Positions 9,055 to 18,072 of a stretch of DNA of 64,000 nt are shown piece by piece; positions within the stretch are counted from its first letter, which is position 1, and each line of letters begins with the position of its first letter. The notes below the pieces were generated by a model. It saw nothing but the letters and a program-made list of their open reading frames with translations, ran no database searches and was not told the DNA's origin. The position numbers were made by a program, and so were the translations under genes. The DNA is taken from IMG/VR virus record IMGVR_UViG_3300028561_000005, one strand, 5' to 3'. Source of the stretch: an uncultured virus (IMG/VR IMGVR_UViG_3300028561_000005) (taxonomy: Duplodnaviria > Heunggongvirae > Uroviricota > Caudoviricetes).

Positions 9055-10397
9055 TAATATTTTCGTGGTAACGGTGGTTCATTCGGCTTGTCGTTTGATT
9101 GACGGTTAAACTGATACCACATATCATACTTGAATATTCTCTGTTCGTTCATGTATACCATGTCTATATATAGTGCTAATGAATTGATTGAACTCTTTGT
9201 AGGTTTGAATGAAGTAAACTTCATATCGTCCCAGTTTACTACACCCTCTACTTCTCCGAATGAATTGTATATCCTGAGGTCCATGAATGACGCCGGCGAA
9301 ATTCCCTTAGCCATATGTGCTTCAATCATATCACGAAGTTCACCCTCAAAGTAATCTCTGAAGTCTACAACCATTGGATTCTCAAGGTCATCTTCTCTAA
9401 GGCAGTCGAGGTCTCGTACATAGAGTCTCCAGTTCTTTTCGTTAACTTCTGGAATCTTGTACAGTGAATGCTGTGATACATAGAATGTCTCAGCAATTGG
9501 GTCTGCCTTAGCTATCTTAGGATAGTTGTACATACGTTCAGCAGCATGATACTCATAGAATCTAGGAGCACCCATTCTGACACTGAAGTTGAAATTGATA
9601 TTGTACATATCGTGGAGATGATTGAACGTAGTTCCGTCATCCTTGGTAAGAGATGCTCTCATAATACGGATAATATTCTCAGGCATTCTTACATAGTATT
9701 CTGGACATCTAGATGCCGAACGATACTTGTAGAGTATTGGTGTCATACTCCACTGGTTAAGGTACGCAAGGAATTCTAACGGTCTATCTATATCTCCGTC
9801 AGCATTCAGACCGAATCCAGCATCTTCAGCAATACAGAGAACAAGCATTCTCGGAAGTAGGAAGTCTTGGTCCACATAATGGGTTTCCGGCATACCAATA
9901 TTGAATGCTAACTTCATCCAGTCATATAACTGCAGCTGCTGCATTCTAGTATGTACAGTTACTTTAATTTCGAACTGCATCGAAAGTAACTGTGACTCCA
10001 TAGAGATATGTCGGTTATTATTAACGTCAGACCAGAAAGCATGGTCTAACGGGTCTTTTCTTAACATGAGTTCTGATCCGTATGCTATATCAGCACCGTC
10101 TCTATTGAATTCTTCCTCTATGATAGGTGTAATAACCAGAGCAGCTCTGGTTGCATCCAAATGAGAAAGAATACGTTTCTTTTCAAGCTGGGCTTCTTTC
10201 AATACGTTGGCTTCAGATACATGCTCATACGAAAAGAAGTCTTCAGCAAATTTATCTCTAAACCAGTCTCTTACAAATTCTGTAGCTAAAGAGTACGAAT
10301 TCGCAAGACATGCGGTTATGAGGTTCTTAGTAAGCATCCATCTCTTAGGGTTCTTCACATTGAAGTCCGATGGATGGAATTCTCTAAAGTCAGCCAT
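9054..10397 (-). CDS. probable virion structural protein (neck/tail-completion-like)
   Basis: 447 aa, strong RBS; function inferred from context and alpha/beta pattern only. Confidence 0.35.
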   Translation of the reverse strand: MADFREFHPSDFNVKNPKRWMLTKNLITACLANSYSLATEFVRDWFRDKFAEDFFSYEHVSEANVLKEAQLEKKRILSHLDATRAALVITPIIEEEFNRDGADIAYGSELMLRKDPLDHAFWSDVNNNRHISMESQLLSMQFEIKVTVHTRMQQLQLYDWMKLAFNIGMPETHYVDQDFLLPRMLVLCIAEDAGFGLNADGDIDRPLEFLAYLNQWSMTPILYKYRSASRCPEYYVRMPENIIRIMRASLTKDDGTTFNHLHDMYNINFNFSVRMGAPRFYEYHAAERMYNYPKIAKADPIAETFYVSQHSLYKIPEVNEKNWRLYVRDLDCLREDDLENPMVVDFRDYFEGELRDMIEAHMAKGISPASFMDLRIYNSFGEVEGVVNWDDMKFTSFKPTKSSINSLALYIDMVYMNEQRIFKYDMWYQFNRQSNDKPNEPPLPRKY

Positions 10398-10417
10398 ATC
10401 ATTTCCTCCTTTCGACG

Positions 10418-10448
10418 AAAAAAAAATAAAGGCACTCCGAAGAGTGCC
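10418..10448 (-). terminator. intrinsic terminator
   Basis: GGCACTC stem, TTCG loop on minus strand, long U tract. Confidence 0.85.
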
Positions 10449-10454
10449 ATTATT

Positions 10455-10706
10455 TTAGATGAGGCTAAACGCTTCGTCTCCTTCGACAAGCAGATCATAG
10501 TAACGACCAAGCTCCGGCATTGTAGGTTCTGTCTTGTCGTTGAGCTCCTCGGCCTCCGTTGCACACATTACATTGAATACGAGATTGCCAATCTGAATAT
10601 GACCAACGATTCTAACCTCTACGTCAAAATCACCTGGGTCATGGTAATTGCCTAATGTACCTACTGGTATCATATCATCACGTCCTTTCACTGTAATAGT
10701 ATACAA
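10455..10706 (-). CDS. small hypothetical protein (start uncertain)
   Basis: fills the gap between the 308-aa gene and the terminator; alternative ATG at MIPV. Confidence 0.65.
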   Translation of the reverse strand: MYTITVKGRDDMIPVGTLGNYHDPGDFDVEVRIVGHIQIGNLVFNVMCATEAEELNDKTEPTMPELGRYYDLLVEGDEAFSLI

Positions 10707-10718
10707 ATGAAAACCTGA

Positions 10719-11645
10719 TTAGAAGTTGCCGTTTGGACCAACGGCTACCAGTCTCCACTGGAGTCCGTAGTTTGAATTCGATACTGTCATCGTAAGCTTA
10801 TTTACTTCAGCACCCTGCAGCATCATAGGGTCTGGTAATGGGTAGTTTGGTACTAACTGGTTAGTGTTTGTATCAATTACACCGAAGTACTTTTCATCTG
10901 TAGCATCGTTGTAGAATACAACGGTTTCGATGTTTGGGGCATCACCGATAATCATTCGGTTCTGTTCTGGTGTAAGAGTTGCTGCGAATGCCGCATATTC
11001 GTCCGAGTCATCCATTGTCTGCTGGAACTGATATGCCGGATTGTTATTAGCTAACGCTGCAGTCATTGTAATTGGGTTATTAGGAATCTGCTGCTGTGTA
11101 GGCATATTGATATAAGCCTGGTAAAGGTCTGCTGTATACTTAGCATCACTTACTGCAGCTTCAGACGCCTTCTGTGCCTGCGCTCTCTTCATTTCGAAAT
11201 TATGACAATCGGTGTAGATCTTATTCTTTTCTCTTACGCAGTTAATCTCTGTAGAGAGAAGAGAGTTGATAGCACCTGCACATTCATTAAGGTGCATGAA
11301 CTTGTTCTTCATTACCTTATTATTCTTAAGTAAGTCGAACTGTGTCTTGAGGTCGTTCACCATCACATTAGCCTGAGAAGCAATGTAATCGTACTGCTCA
11401 AGTGATTCCTTATATGAGTTGATATAAGGTGTGTTTGTTGAGAAGAGGTTGCCTACTGGAGCTGGAGCAGGCTGCTGTGCCGGGACAATCTCGTCACGGT
11501 TCTTAGGTGGTCTACCACGTCTCTTTGGTGCCTGTTCTCCCTCTGCCGGAGCGGCTTCGGTCTTCTCTTTTGGTACGGCTACGCCACGAGATAATACCTC
11601 GTAATCGATGTTAAGGCCGTAAGCGGTTTCTGTTTCTTTACTCAT
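10719..11645 (-). CDS. AT-hook-containing protein
   Basis: PKRRGRPPK motif; coiled-coil middle; AAGGAGG RBS. Confidence 0.6.
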   Translation of the reverse strand: MSKETETAYGLNIDYEVLSRGVAVPKEKTEAAPAEGEQAPKRRGRPPKNRDEIVPAQQPAPAPVGNLFSTNTPYINSYKESLEQYDYIASQANVMVNDLKTQFDLLKNNKVMKNKFMHLNECAGAINSLLSTEINCVREKNKIYTDCHNFEMKRAQAQKASEAAVSDAKYTADLYQAYINMPTQQQIPNNPITMTAALANNNPAYQFQQTMDDSDEYAAFAATLTPEQNRMIIGDAPNIETVVFYNDATDEKYFGVIDTNTNQLVPNYPLPDPMMLQGAEVNKLTMTVSNSNYGLQWRLVAVGPNGNF

Positions 11646-11685
11646 AATTGGTTCCTCCTTATATGAAAAAGTGGTGTATTTTTAT

Positions 11686-11697
11686 TACTTTGATGTT
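11686..11697 (-). promoter_or_regulatory. late-type promoter AACA-N6-TA
   Basis: minus strand AACA TCAAAG TA; back-to-back with the plus-strand copy at 11699. Confidence 0.65.
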
Positions 11698-11698
11698 T

Positions 11699-11710
11699 AA
11701 CATTATAATG
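11699..11710 (+). promoter_or_regulatory. late-type promoter AACA-N6-TG
   Basis: AACA TTATAA TG. Confidence 0.5.
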
Positions 11711-11812
11711 AGAGGTAAAACAACACCTCCATCTTTAAATTCTGTTTCTGTTCGCAAATCATCGCCTCCTAAGTCCCCATCCGGTTCGGCTCGGATGGGG
11801 AAATTTCTTTTC
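11710..11812 (+). ncRNA. candidate ~100-nt small RNA with two CCUCC motifs
   Basis: bounded by a promoter motif and a CCCCATCCG/CGGATGGGG hairpin plus U-rich tail; no RBS on plus strand. Confidence 0.4.
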
Positions 11813-11824
11813 TACACAACCCGA

Positions 11825-11836
11825 AACTTTGAAGTA
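11825..11836 (+). promoter_or_regulatory. late-type promoter AACT-N6-TA for DNA polymerase
   Basis: AACT TTGAAG TA just after the terminator hairpin. Confidence 0.6.
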
Positions 11837-11872
11837 ACCGTAAAGGGTTTAAGAGTGAAAGGAGCATGTTTT

Positions 11873-13894
11873 ATGGACAATATTATTACAGGATACAACA
11901 AAGGTGCTAATATAACAATCATGAATACAATCAATCATCCAGGTCATTTTGACGAAAACAACAAATGGATCGGGTCTAAGTTAGACCTGATCTATAAAGA
12001 CTGCGATACAGGTAAAAAGGGTGTTGAACAGATTGATACTCCTATGTATGAGTATTATCTGTTAAACGATGAAGCATATCACGTTGATTACAATCGTGAC
12101 TTCATTGAGAGAGAAAACGTTCATCCAGTTATATGCGAACATCAGAAACTCAAGTATGATATAGCAGAGAAGACTGGTAATCTTGAATGGTTCAAACAGA
12201 ATAAAGCTACAGGTAATGGTAGACTCAATAACAAAATCCACTATCATCCTGATGTATTCATGTCTGACATGAATATCTCAGATCATTATCGTTTCCAGTT
12301 CAATACAAACTATAAGAATGAAGTATGTCCAATAACAAAGATGTACTTCGATATTGAGTGTGATACTATCAATATCAAGGGTGACTTCCCGGAATTAGGG
12401 GAAGCACCGGTTAATGCTATTTCATGTATCATGAATCATACAGTATATGTATTCATTCCTAGAGACTATACTATTCCGGGAATGGTTGCATTTGAAAAGG
12501 AAGTCAATGAACACAAAGCTGAACTTGAAGCTGAGTTCGTTAAGTTCATTCAGGACTATGTAGGTGGCAATAGACCAAAAGTTTATCAGAAACGTCTTAA
12601 GGCTCTCGATATGGAAGAACTTCATATCAAGTTTGCGTTCTATGATTCAGAGATTCAGTGTATAGCAGCATTCTTTGCAATGGTAAACAAATTACAGCCG
12701 GACTTCGTCCTTGCGTGGAACATGGGATTCGATACTCCGACACTGATTGAAAGAATTCGCCAGTGTGGATATAAACCGGAAGACATTTGTTGTCATCCAG
12801 ACTTCAAGAAGAACAGAGTTGCTGAATACGTAATCAAGTATTCAGACATAGCACCGGACGACTATGCAGAACGTGGAGACTATTGTAATATCAGCGGTTA
12901 TAGTAACTGGATGTGTCAGCTTATTCAGTTTGCATCTAAGAGAAAGGGACAGCACGCAATCGAAAACTATAAGATCGACTACATTGGTCAGTTAATATGC
13001 GGTGTACCGAAGCTTGATTATTCTCATATATGTGATTCTATCAAGGATCTTCCGAGAGCAGACTTCAGAACCTTTATATTATACAATATTGTGGATACTA
13101 TAGTTCAGAAGTGTATCGAAGAAAGAGTTAATGATATTGACTTCGTATTTGCGAATACAATAGCATTCAACACAAGATATTCTAAGGTACACAGACAGAC
13201 TGTATTTCTTGCTAATAAGAGAATCAAGGAATTCATGGCTTCAGGATTCGTTCCGGGTAATAACGTTAACAAAGAAAACGAAAAGAAAGAATATCCGGGC
13301 GGTTTCGTTGCAGACCTTGAACTCATATCACATTATCCTATGGATAAGATCAATGGCGTTCCAGTTAGACTGTTTAAGAACTTGGTTGACTTAGATTATA
13401 AATCTCTTTATCCATCTATCTGGCGTCAGTGGAATATGTGTAAGAATGGTATGATTGGTCAGATGAATCTCTTAGAACCATCTAGATGCGGTAATAAGTT
13501 CGGGGTTAAGTGTTATGACACTAATATAGCATTTGCTCAGGATATTCATGCGGCAAACTGGATTGAGTTCGGTTGGAGATGGTTTGACTTACCAGACTTC
13601 GAAGAAATGGTTTCAGATTGTGAAGAGTACTTTAAGAATCATAGAACACAGGGTTATATGGCTCTTAATCCAGATAATGGAGCAATCAAACTCTTCAGGC
13701 CAAGAGACACAATAAACAAACCTATCAAACCTTGCAGACATTGGCAGGCTAACGAATTTGCTGATTATAAGATTAACGATGTAAAGTGCATAAAGCCATA
13801 TAGTCTTGATGTGCCTATGGATAAGCTTTATGACACATACTCAGTTAAGTTCTTTGAAGAACGTTCTGATGTCATAGCAATGGCTGCACAGTAA
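11873..13894 (+). CDS. family B DNA polymerase, N-terminal subunit of a split enzyme (3'-5' exonuclease + motif A)
   Basis: ExoI YFDIECD, ExoII AWNMGFD, ExoIII YNIVD, YPGGFV, motif A DLDYKSLYPS; motifs B and C absent; AAGGAG RBS before ATG11873. Confidence 0.9.
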   Translation: MDNIITGYNKGANITIMNTINHPGHFDENNKWIGSKLDLIYKDCDTGKKGVEQIDTPMYEYYLLNDEAYHVDYNRDFIERENVHPVICEHQKLKYDIAEKTGNLEWFKQNKATGNGRLNNKIHYHPDVFMSDMNISDHYRFQFNTNYKNEVCPITKMYFDIECDTINIKGDFPELGEAPVNAISCIMNHTVYVFIPRDYTIPGMVAFEKEVNEHKAELEAEFVKFIQDYVGGNRPKVYQKRLKALDMEELHIKFAFYDSEIQCIAAFFAMVNKLQPDFVLAWNMGFDTPTLIERIRQCGYKPEDICCHPDFKKNRVAEYVIKYSDIAPDDYAERGDYCNISGYSNWMCQLIQFASKRKGQHAIENYKIDYIGQLICGVPKLDYSHICDSIKDLPRADFRTFILYNIVDTIVQKCIEERVNDIDFVFANTIAFNTRYSKVHRQTVFLANKRIKEFMASGFVPGNNVNKENEKKEYPGGFVADLELISHYPMDKINGVPVRLFKNLVDLDYKSLYPSIWRQWNMCKNGMIGQMNLLEPSRCGNKFGVKCYDTNIAFAQDIHAANWIEFGWRWFDLPDFEEMVSDCEEYFKNHRTQGYMALNPDNGAIKLFRPRDTINKPIKPCRHWQANEFADYKINDVKCIKPYSLDVPMDKLYDTYSVKFFEERSDVIAMAAQ

Positions 13895-13907
13895 GGAGAA
13901 ATATATA

Positions 13908-14612
13908 ATGACTATAAGAAGATTATTAGAACACAGCAAACTTTTAATGGATGTACTTAGAGTAACTAAGGTTGGTCTGGATTCATTCGTCTTTACGACG
14001 GATGAACCAGGCAAAGTATTCGTAATAAATTCAGAGGGTTCAGTTATATATGTGGTATCCATCCCGGCTAATAGTCAGGGATGGATTCCTAATCGTATGC
14101 ATATTGCAGGTGCGGTTAAGAATTATAACAAGATTATGTCTGAATTGGAAGATTCTAAGAAAGACGGAGAATCACCATTCGACAATATCATATTCACAAC
14201 GTACAATCAGTGGTTATATCCAACCACATTGCATGCACATTGGGTTACATGTCTGGCATGGTTGAATTCGTTGAGAGCCAAAATACCAAGCTTCAGAGAT
14301 AATATGGTAGTTGAATCCGAAGACATTCTTACTGACCCTTATTATGAATTCATATTTACAGATGTCTTCTCAAAAGGCACAGGTGTTGGGGATATTGTCA
14401 AGACTAAGAGCGGACGACCTATCACAGTATATAAGGGATTGCTTCCGTATACATCTAAGGATAAAATTAAACTTACTACTGGAGATATAGGTTCAAGAGA
14501 GTTCATCACTTGCTATACTATATCTAAGATTAAGCCAACAGCTTCATCTATGAGTGTAGATATGTACACAAGATGTCTTGACATCTTTGCACCTCAACAT
14601 TTGAGTAACTAA
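13908..14612 (+). CDS. hypothetical protein co-transcribed with DNA polymerase
   Basis: TAAGGAG RBS overlapping the polymerase stop. Confidence 0.8.
   Translation: MTIRRLLEHSKLLMDVLRVTKVGLDSFVFTTDEPGKVFVINSEGSVIYVVSIPANSQGWIPNRMHIAGAVKNYNKIMSELEDSKKDGESPFDNIIFTTYNQWLYPTTLHAHWVTCLAWLNSLRAKIPSFRDNMVVESEDILTDPYYEFIFTDVFSKGTGVGDIVKTKSGRPITVYKGLLPYTSKDKIKLTTGDIGSREFITCYTISKIKPTASSMSVDMYTRCLDIFAPQHLSN
14596..14607 (+). promoter_or_regulatory. late-type promoter AACA-N6-TA for portal
   Basis: AACA TTTGAG TA. Confidence 0.7.
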
Positions 14613-14632
14613 ACAGTTAGGAGGTAGCTACT

Positions 14633-17002
14633 ATGGCCAAAGATAATAAACGGGAGTCAAGATCTCAGCGTGCTAAATATAAACAGCATAATACTAAGAT
14701 TAACGCTCTCGCAAAGTTTTTAAATTCAAACGGTGATGGCATCAAACGTACCGTCACATATACAGACCCTAAGGACGACAGAGACTACGAGAGAGTAACT
14801 TCCGGCATGGAAGATACCCTTGACAGATTACTCGACGGAATTAATACCGACGGCTCAAGTAATGCCGGCGGTATGGGTTCATCATCATTAGTACATCGTT
14901 TTGCGGATAACGGAACAAGTGAAGAAGACATCATTAAGATGCAGACAGACTTCGACAATCTGTTAGCATTATCGGCTAACGACAGTTCATTCTTATCTGG
15001 TATGGCTAATGATGACTTAGTTGAACATGACTTGCGTATCGACACAGTGCTTCATTACTGTCCTAAGCTTGACGAAGCTATTAATGCTAAAGCAGACTGT
15101 ATTCTTTCAGCTGACCATTTCGATAGAACGTTTATCAACGTTACATCTGAATCATCTGTAGAGCAGGAAGAATCCGTATTCAATCAGCGTGTTTCTGAAC
15201 TCATGGAAATGCATGAGTTTGAAGATAAAGCAGATGAATGGTATCGTGAAGCAGCTAAGTATGGCGAGGTATACGTATACCGTGTTCCATTCGACAAAGC
15301 TACATCACGTTTACTTCGTGCTAAGGATGCATCCAATATGGCTTTACAGAAAGCATCAATTAACGCTTGCGGTATTGTTGGTGAAGGTGTAAGCTGTAAT
15401 TGGTCTAAAGATGAATCTGAAATGATTACTGAGAATTTCGGTGAAGACTTCAATATTGAAGTTGAAATCAATAAGAGCGGATTAATTACCGATGTAGTTA
15501 ACGAAGCTTACTCTATTCATGAAGCAATGTCTTTCAATGAAAGCATGTGTCTTAGCAGCTTCAATGAAGTAGCTGACGATTGTGATGGTGAAGCTATATC
15601 TGCTATGGGTAGAGCCCCTAAGAGAAAGTACGATGTACTTATTCCATCAGATTCATTAGACTATAAATCATTCAACAAAGTAACACGTCACAAAGGTGAC
15701 AAGGTTACAATCACAGGTGCCGAGGATGGACTTGTTGATCCATCTAAGACTAGTATTTCAAATTATGAAATCAATATCCCTGGCACAATAATCAAGAAGT
15801 TACCTCGTAAAAACGTTATTCCACGTTATATAGGTGACACTTGCCTTGGATACACATATATTGAATTATTAGACACTGCCCGCTCCGAAAACCAAAGAAT
15901 ACGTAACTTCAGGAGCACAATTAATCCTATCAACACAATGACAGGATATACTCAGAACCATCCTGATGCTAAGAAAGAGTCTCCGGATGAAGAAGCTGTT
16001 AAGTTTATGGCTAAGCGTATTGCTAGTTTCATAGACACAAACTTCGTAAACAACAACCAGGATATCGCTCAGGATATCTATACAATCCTCAAGTACAACG
16101 ATGACCTCTGTTCTAACAAGAAAGTTAGAATTACATTCATTCCACCACAGGATATGTGTCACATATTCTTCAAACAGGACCCGATTACTCATCGCGGTAT
16201 TTCAGATATTGAAGACTCTATCGTTCCTGCTACATTATACTCTGCAATGTTTATCACTAACGCTATCTGGAATCTCACCAGAGGCCAGGATAAGAGAGTA
16301 TACTATGTAAAGCAGAACGTTGATACAAACACTTCACAGGTGTTACTTAACACCATTGACCAGATTAAGAAAGGTAATATGGGTATTCGTCAGATTGAGA
16401 ATATCTCTCATATCCTTAACGTAACTGGTAGATTCAACGATTATCTTATTCCTACATCGGCATCTGGTGAAGAACCAATGCGTATGGAAATCTTACAGGG
16501 ACAGACTGTAGAACTACAGTCTGAACTCATGCAGGTTCTCTTAGAGGCTGCAATCATCCCGACAGGTATTCCTATGGAATACATTGAACAGAGACGTAGC
16601 GTTGAATTCGCTACACAGCTCACTATGTCAAACAACAAGTTCCTTATGATTGTATATAAGCGTCAGAACAAGGTGCAGAAGATTCTCACTAAAGAACTTA
16701 AGGTTATGTACTTCAACCAGTATGGTGAAACATGTGCTCTTAAGGTTAAACTTCCACCTCCGATGTTCCTGAACATCACTAACATCAATCAAATTATGAT
16801 GAACGTAGCTGATATGGCTCAGAAGTTAGTTGAAATCATGGGTGTCGGATACAATGAAGAAATACTTCCTTATGTGCAGAAAGCAATCACTGTTAAGTAT
16901 CTCGGTACATATATAGACCTTGATGACATTGAAGATATCATGAAGAATGCAGAGCATGAATACATGATAGAACACAAGTCAGAGAACAACGAAGAAATGT
17001 AA
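14633..17002 (+). CDS. portal protein (T4 gp20-like, jumbo phage)
   Basis: PKLDEAI, KYGEVYV, RGQDKRVYYV, DYLIPT..MEILQG, TGIP motifs typical of T4-like portals. Confidence 0.8.
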   Translation: MAKDNKRESRSQRAKYKQHNTKINALAKFLNSNGDGIKRTVTYTDPKDDRDYERVTSGMEDTLDRLLDGINTDGSSNAGGMGSSSLVHRFADNGTSEEDIIKMQTDFDNLLALSANDSSFLSGMANDDLVEHDLRIDTVLHYCPKLDEAINAKADCILSADHFDRTFINVTSESSVEQEESVFNQRVSELMEMHEFEDKADEWYREAAKYGEVYVYRVPFDKATSRLLRAKDASNMALQKASINACGIVGEGVSCNWSKDESEMITENFGEDFNIEVEINKSGLITDVVNEAYSIHEAMSFNESMCLSSFNEVADDCDGEAISAMGRAPKRKYDVLIPSDSLDYKSFNKVTRHKGDKVTITGAEDGLVDPSKTSISNYEINIPGTIIKKLPRKNVIPRYIGDTCLGYTYIELLDTARSENQRIRNFRSTINPINTMTGYTQNHPDAKKESPDEEAVKFMAKRIASFIDTNFVNNNQDIAQDIYTILKYNDDLCSNKKVRITFIPPQDMCHIFFKQDPITHRGISDIEDSIVPATLYSAMFITNAIWNLTRGQDKRVYYVKQNVDTNTSQVLLNTIDQIKKGNMGIRQIENISHILNVTGRFNDYLIPTSASGEEPMRMEILQGQTVELQSELMQVLLEAAIIPTGIPMEYIEQRRSVEFATQLTMSNNKFLMIVYKRQNKVQKILTKELKVMYFNQYGETCALKVKLPPPMFLNITNINQIMMNVADMAQKLVEIMGVGYNEEILPYVQKAITVKYLGTYIDLDDIEDIMKNAEHEYMIEHKSENNEEM

Positions 17003-17016
17003 GAAACGCAAACAAT

Positions 17017-17041
17017 CCCCGGTACCTAAGAGGTACCGGGG
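17017..17041. terminator. bidirectional terminator
   Basis: CCCCGGTACC-TAAGA-GGTACCGGGG between convergent portal and tube genes. Confidence 0.85.
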
Positions 17042-17073
17042 GTTATTTTGTTAAACGTATAGTTTATAGCTTA

Positions 17074-18051
17074 TCAGCCTGTAGTTGTTGATGAAGATTC
17101 TGTTCCTACAGATACAGGATCCTTACTCATGATTGAGTGTTCACCACCTACGTGGCCATCCTTGTTGCTCATCATGTTTGCAACGATATCTGTATGATAT
17201 CCAGTACCTTCTTCACCACGGTTATCACCCTTAGATGTAAGAATGAACTTCTCTTCATCTGTCTGGAGCTTACCGAGTTCTGTGTACTCGAATCTTGTTG
17301 AGTTAACGATAAGACGTGAGTTTGTCTTGTTTTCAGGATTTCTCATGATTCTAAGAGCTGCAGCAGCCTTAGCATCGATAGCGTCATTCTGGAGGCAGAG
17401 GCCGTTGAATGTAAGCTGTCTTACTGAGAAGTCGATTTCACCCTTCTTGTGTTCTGAAATGCTGAGGTCAGCTGTTGTAGGCTGGCAGCAGCAGAAGAGG
17501 TGAGCAGCTTCAACACGTGAGAATGTGTTGTCTGTTGTGAAGTAAAGGAATGTGAATACTTCCTTATCAAGACCTGGCTGTACTTCATCGAAACCGAGTG
17601 TGTCGATAAGACCATGGTATGTCTTAGCCTGTGTTTCAAGGTCATGAATACCTGTGAGGTAGTATCTGTGGAACTTAGTGAGAGGCATACCTGCTCTTTC
17701 ATGGTATTCCATAGTAATCTGACCTGCAGCCTGTTCAACCTTATTGATTACAGAGAGTTCTCTGATACCGTTAGAGATTGTAGCTGTTGAAGTTGTGATA
17801 TTTTCGATACCGTCAAGTCCGATGAATTCGTTCTCAAGAACGTGGAGGTATGTCTGGATGATTGAACGTACTTCAGGGCCTTCATAAGCCATAGCACGTC
17901 TGATCCACTTTGGATAGTCAATTACGATGAGGAATGGGAAACCTGTCTCGTAGTAGTCGAACTGTTTGAGGTTAGTCCAGTCAGTTACACCCTTCATGAG
18001 GTTGTAGTTGACAACTTCTCTAGGAGTTCTTAAGTTACTGAAAAGTGACAT
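17074..18051 (-). CDS. tail tube protein
   Basis: directly downstream of sheath; beta-rich pattern; high-expression codon bias. Confidence 0.75.
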   Translation of the reverse strand: MSLFSNLRTPREVVNYNLMKGVTDWTNLKQFDYYETGFPFLIVIDYPKWIRRAMAYEGPEVRSIIQTYLHVLENEFIGLDGIENITTSTATISNGIRELSVINKVEQAAGQITMEYHERAGMPLTKFHRYYLTGIHDLETQAKTYHGLIDTLGFDEVQPGLDKEVFTFLYFTTDNTFSRVEAAHLFCCCQPTTADLSISEHKKGEIDFSVRQLTFNGLCLQNDAIDAKAAAALRIMRNPENKTNSRLIVNSTRFEYTELGKLQTDEEKFILTSKGDNRGEEGTGYHTDIVANMMSNKDGHVGGEHSIMSKDPVSVGTESSSTTTG

Positions 18052-18072
18052 ATATTTAGCACCCCTTTCTTA

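Noticed and set aside
11648..11872. 75-aa N-terminal extension of DNA polymerase in the ORF track
   Set aside because: Spans promoters and a terminator hairpin; the real RBS precedes ATG11873
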